DNA from: Blepharisma stoltei ATCC 30299
Taxonomy: Eukaryota > Protista > Ciliophora
DNA length: 64,000 nt
NCBI GenBank assembly: GCA_965603825.1
Contig: CBFDEM010000024.1
Location: 248,001-312,000 of the forward strand
Direction of reading: 5' to 3'
Shown piece after piece: positions 60,977 through 64,000 of the stretch. The notes beneath the pieces are model-generated. The model saw only the letters and a program-made list of their open reading frames with translations. It did no database searches and was not told the origin of the DNA. How positions within the stretch are numbered: the first letter of the stretch is position 1; each line of letters opens with the position of its first letter. A program made the position numbers and the translations under genes.

Positions 60977-61903
60977 ATGGAAGAAACAAGCGAATCCCTA
61001 ATCACATTCCACATTGACACTTTAGACGGCATTTCAATACCAATCACGACTTTAAATTCAATTTCCATACTAGCACTTAAGCAAAAAATCCTTGACATCA
61101 CAGGAATCCCAATCGAAAAATTACGGCTTATTTATAAAGGAAGACATTTAAAAGACAATGAAATAATAAATTATTTTGATATCACTACCAAGCTCCAGCT
61201 TGTAGCCAATCTTAATGAGGAAGAAGATATTCCTTCTATGGTCTCCCATTACAACTTTCTGCGAACTTTGAGAGTTTATAGAAGATTAAGCCGATTTTCT
61301 CGGCCAGAACTGTCAACTCCTTATTTATATGAAGCTTTACGTCAAAATTCTCTGACAATTGATGACTTGATCAGGATAAATAGCTTTTCTTTAGAAGGAA
61401 GAGCTCTCCAGGAAGGGCAATGGGTTGATGTCAAAGACACTGTAGGGCAATGGCTTGAGGCTCAAGTAATGAGGAAGCAGCAAAATGCTCGAGGGGTTTT
61501 TGTGTATATTCATTATAATGGATGGCCTAATAGATGAGATGAGTGGATTGATATGAAATCGAAAAGGATTAGACCTTTCAGGTCAAAAACTCTGCAGACT
61601 TTAAATATGGCATCGAGATCTCCATTTCCAAGATATCCACCAGAAATAACTATCAATGAGGAAAATTTGATGGAAAAACTAAATTTAAAAGCATGCTTGT
61701 ATATGGAGTTTATCGAGGAAATGGTAAAAAATGCAAAGATTTTGGCAAGAATCGGGAAAGATGGGTGTGAGGAAGCTAAAGAAAGAATTGAGGAAATTAC
61801 TTTGCAGAGTGCACCAGTGATTGATAGGATTGGGAGGTTTATGTGTGATTTTAGCCTTGCTATTAGCAGAAGTGAATTTAATCCAAGCAGTTTTCAGTTG
61901 TAA
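60977..61903 (+). CDS. Ubiquitin-like domain plus Tudor/MBT/chromo-barrel-like domain protein (308 aa)
   Basis: UBL LKQKI..ITGIPIEKLRLIYKGRHLKD; WVDVKDTVGQWLEAQV...YIHYNGWPNR-W(TGA)-DEWI. Confidence 0.85.
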
Positions 61904-62384
61904 TAAATAAAATAAAATTTTTTAATAAAGAGGAATTTCAAATAATTAACAGAAATTGGTTGAGGTATATTTATACAATTGAGTTTAATCGCGAGCTGTC
62001 TGGAAGAATTCTTTGATATAGTTAGCTTTTTTCTGTTGCTCTTGATTAGAATTTCTTGTAATAATCTACTGTTCATGCAAATTTATAAAGATGAAATGTC
62101 AAAACAGAATTCAAATCTTTCTAAAATCAGTGAAATAGCAGCAAACTAAATAATCTGTATTAAGTCAAAGAGGAAAAGATTTAGTATCAATCTAATTGCA
62201 CATGCGTTCAAAACTCTTTGAAAAGCTGCTGCAAGCTAAAAGGATCTTCCATAAATAAATTTCTTTCCAAGCCAGCAGTCACCTTTTCATTCAAAAAATT
62301 TTGTTTATAAAACATCAATTCACTTGAACAGCTTGCCACTATTTATTTATCTAATGAGAGGCCTATAAACCATATTTTATTGAG

Positions 62385-62627
62385 ATGGTAAGACTTACTT
62401 AGCCAAAAGAAGTTAAAGATATCCGAATGTTCGTGCAAATGTGCAGACCAGGAACAAACCAAAAAGCACAAGCTAAATCAGTCACTATCAAAAAGGTAGG
62501 AAAAGTGACAAAATTCAAGCTTCGTTGCAATAAATATCTTTACACTTTGGTCGTCGATGATGTGCAAAAGGCAGACAAGCTCAAGCAGTCGTTGCCTCCA
62601 AGCCTGAACAAAAAAGAAATTAACTAA
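62385..62627 (+). CDS. RPL38: 60S ribosomal protein L38 (eL38), one 15-nt intron
   Basis: ATG-intron-CCAAAAGAA gives MPKEVKDI...; TKFKLRCNKYLYTLVV...KADKLKQSLPP. Confidence 0.95.
62388..62402 (+). other. 15-nt spliceosomal intron directly after the start codon
   Basis: GTAAGACTTACTTAG; A at -6; removal restores the conserved MPK start. Confidence 0.95.
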
Positions 62628-62701
62628 ACTGGTTTCTTAAATTATTTGCAAAATCCTAAAGATTTCCAAAGCCAATATGCTGGAAGTCCTATTGATAGAT
62701 T

Positions 62702-63331
62702 TTATATACACTTTTTATTATGTTTATTACGAATTTTTGGATTTAATATTTGGTCCATCTCTTTCTTTATTCGCTGAGTTTTGCTGCTAAATCTCCCTAG
62801 TCGAGTTTTAGTCTTTGAGTGCCAATTATCGATTTTTTCTTTTTGCATTGTACAGTCGCTGATGATATTATCTAGCCTGAAAAATAGCTCTTGTCTAGGC
62901 TGTGATAAAGACACTTCTCTACTATTTGTTGGAGAGTTCTTTGGGGAGTTTGCTAGAGAGCCAGGCTGAGATTTAAAGTCTCTTATATATTGGGCCTGTT
63001 TTATATCGAAAATTTTCGCAACGTATTGGGTTGGAGTGAATTTTAGCTCAGACTTTAGTTCAGCAGGCATGTTTCTTATAAAGTTTAGTGGGCAAGTTGT
63101 ACGTGATTTTAGGAGTTTTTCACTTTTATGCTTTGGCTTTTCTAGATTATGCTTAGGAGTTGAATCTCCAGCTGGCTGAATTAAGATACTTGGGGATGTA
63201 TGCTTGTGAGAATGGTTTATTTTTATATCAAGCTCTCCCATTGTGTGCGGTGTTCGGTTAAGAAAATCCTGAGGTGAAGGGTTCCAACGGACTCGTAACT
63301 TAACTTCAGATGTTGCTGGTCTTTGCCTCAT
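62702..63331 (-). CDS. Hypothetical basic protein (209 aa)
   Basis: ATG to TAA ORF; no motif recognised. Confidence 0.7.
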   Translation of the reverse strand: MRQRPATSEVKLRVRWNPSPQDFLNRTPHTMGELDIKINHSHKHTSPSILIQPAGDSTPKHNLEKPKHKSEKLLKSRTTCPLNFIRNMPAELKSELKFTPTQYVAKIFDIKQAQYIRDFKSQPGSLANSPKNSPTNSREVSLSQPRQELFFRLDNIISDCTMQKEKIDNWHSKTKTRLGRFSSKTQRIKKEMDQILNPKIRNKHNKKCI

Positions 63332-63548
63332 TTTTAAATAGATTTATTATTAAGGATTTCCCACGGAATTTCTTGGTATGGCAGCTTTCAGAATTATTTC
63401 ACTCAATATGATTTATTTATTTAAGACTATATAAAATTAATTACTATTAGGAAAAACAGAGTAATTGCTTCAGAATGGAGGAAATTATAAGTACCATAAT
63501 AAACTTATAAATAAAAAAAAGCAAGATAAAATTCTCCTATAAAATATT

Positions 63549-64000
63549 ATGATGATTCTTCATTTTTTATTGCTTTTCCCAACAATTTCTGCTTCTTTGA
63601 ATTTTACTCGTCTTCCATATACGAATCCTCCTCCCCCAGCAAGATGCTATAATGCTATGGATTATGACCCAGTCACTAACTCCCTCATCATTTTTGGAGG
63701 TATTAAAAGCAACACAGAGCTTTATAGAGACATATGGCAATTTGAATTAAATACAAAGTTATGAAATATGCTTGAGACAACGTCGTCTTACTATCTAGGT
63801 ATGTTTTAATGAAGACGGAAGAAGTGGTCCAGCTGTCTTTATAGATGATGCTACACAAATGTTTTATACTTTTGGTGGACGATCCTTAAAAGGTGCTCAA
63901 AACGATCTATGAGGGTTTAATTTAAACACAATGCAAGTAATTTTTATGAAGTGAAATGAAATTAGTGTGAGTGGAGATATTCCGGCACCTAGAACTCTGC
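63549..64000 (+). CDS. Secreted/surface Kelch-repeat protein (5' part; two tiny introns)
   Basis: Signal peptide; PPARCYNAM..LIIFGG..DIWQF..W; after splicing DGRSGPA..FYTFGG..NDLWGFNLNTMQWNEISVSGDIPAPR. Confidence 0.88.
63799..63814 (+). other. 16-nt spliceosomal intron
   Basis: GTATGTTTTAATGAAG; A at -6; required to keep the Kelch frame. Confidence 0.85.
63937..63951 (+). other. 15-nt in-frame, stop-free intron
   Basis: GTAATTTTTATGAAG; A at -6; removal gives canonical Kelch spacing FNLNTMQW. Confidence 0.75.

Overview
Gene-dense, AT-rich eukaryotic nuclear DNA that behaves like the macronuclear genome of a heterotrich ciliate, most likely Blepharisma. TGA is read as Trp (e.g. Rab11 AQI-TGA-DTAGQE, septin YP-TGA-G) and TAA/TAG are the only stops. 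All six introns I can find are 15-16 nt GT-AG introns with an A six nt from the 3' end. The supplied standard-code ORF track therefore fragments or misses many genes, so I rebuilt them by hand. The window holds about 40 protein genes plus a U2 snRNA. Housekeeping genes include enolase with a mitochondrial-type presequence, glycine cleavage H, a vacuolar sorting receptor, anoctamin, Rab11, Rab21, HID1, Skp1, HSD10, two Ubc4/5 E2s, septin, RAD51C, VDAC, beta-tubulin, a POM121-like FG nucleoporin and RPL38. The most interesting items are: (1) a single polypeptide fusing signal peptide, DOMON, cytochrome b561, cytochrome b5 and an FNR-type reductase, i.e. a candidate self-contained trans-membrane electron wire; (2) a birth-and-death tandem array of F-box/LRR/ankyrin genes with reconstructable duplication junctions, lying near a divergent Skp1, a divergent E2 and a NEDD8-like gene lacking its di-glycine; (3) a probably mitochondrion-targeted enolase. 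All product calls come from motif recognition by eye; no database searches were run.
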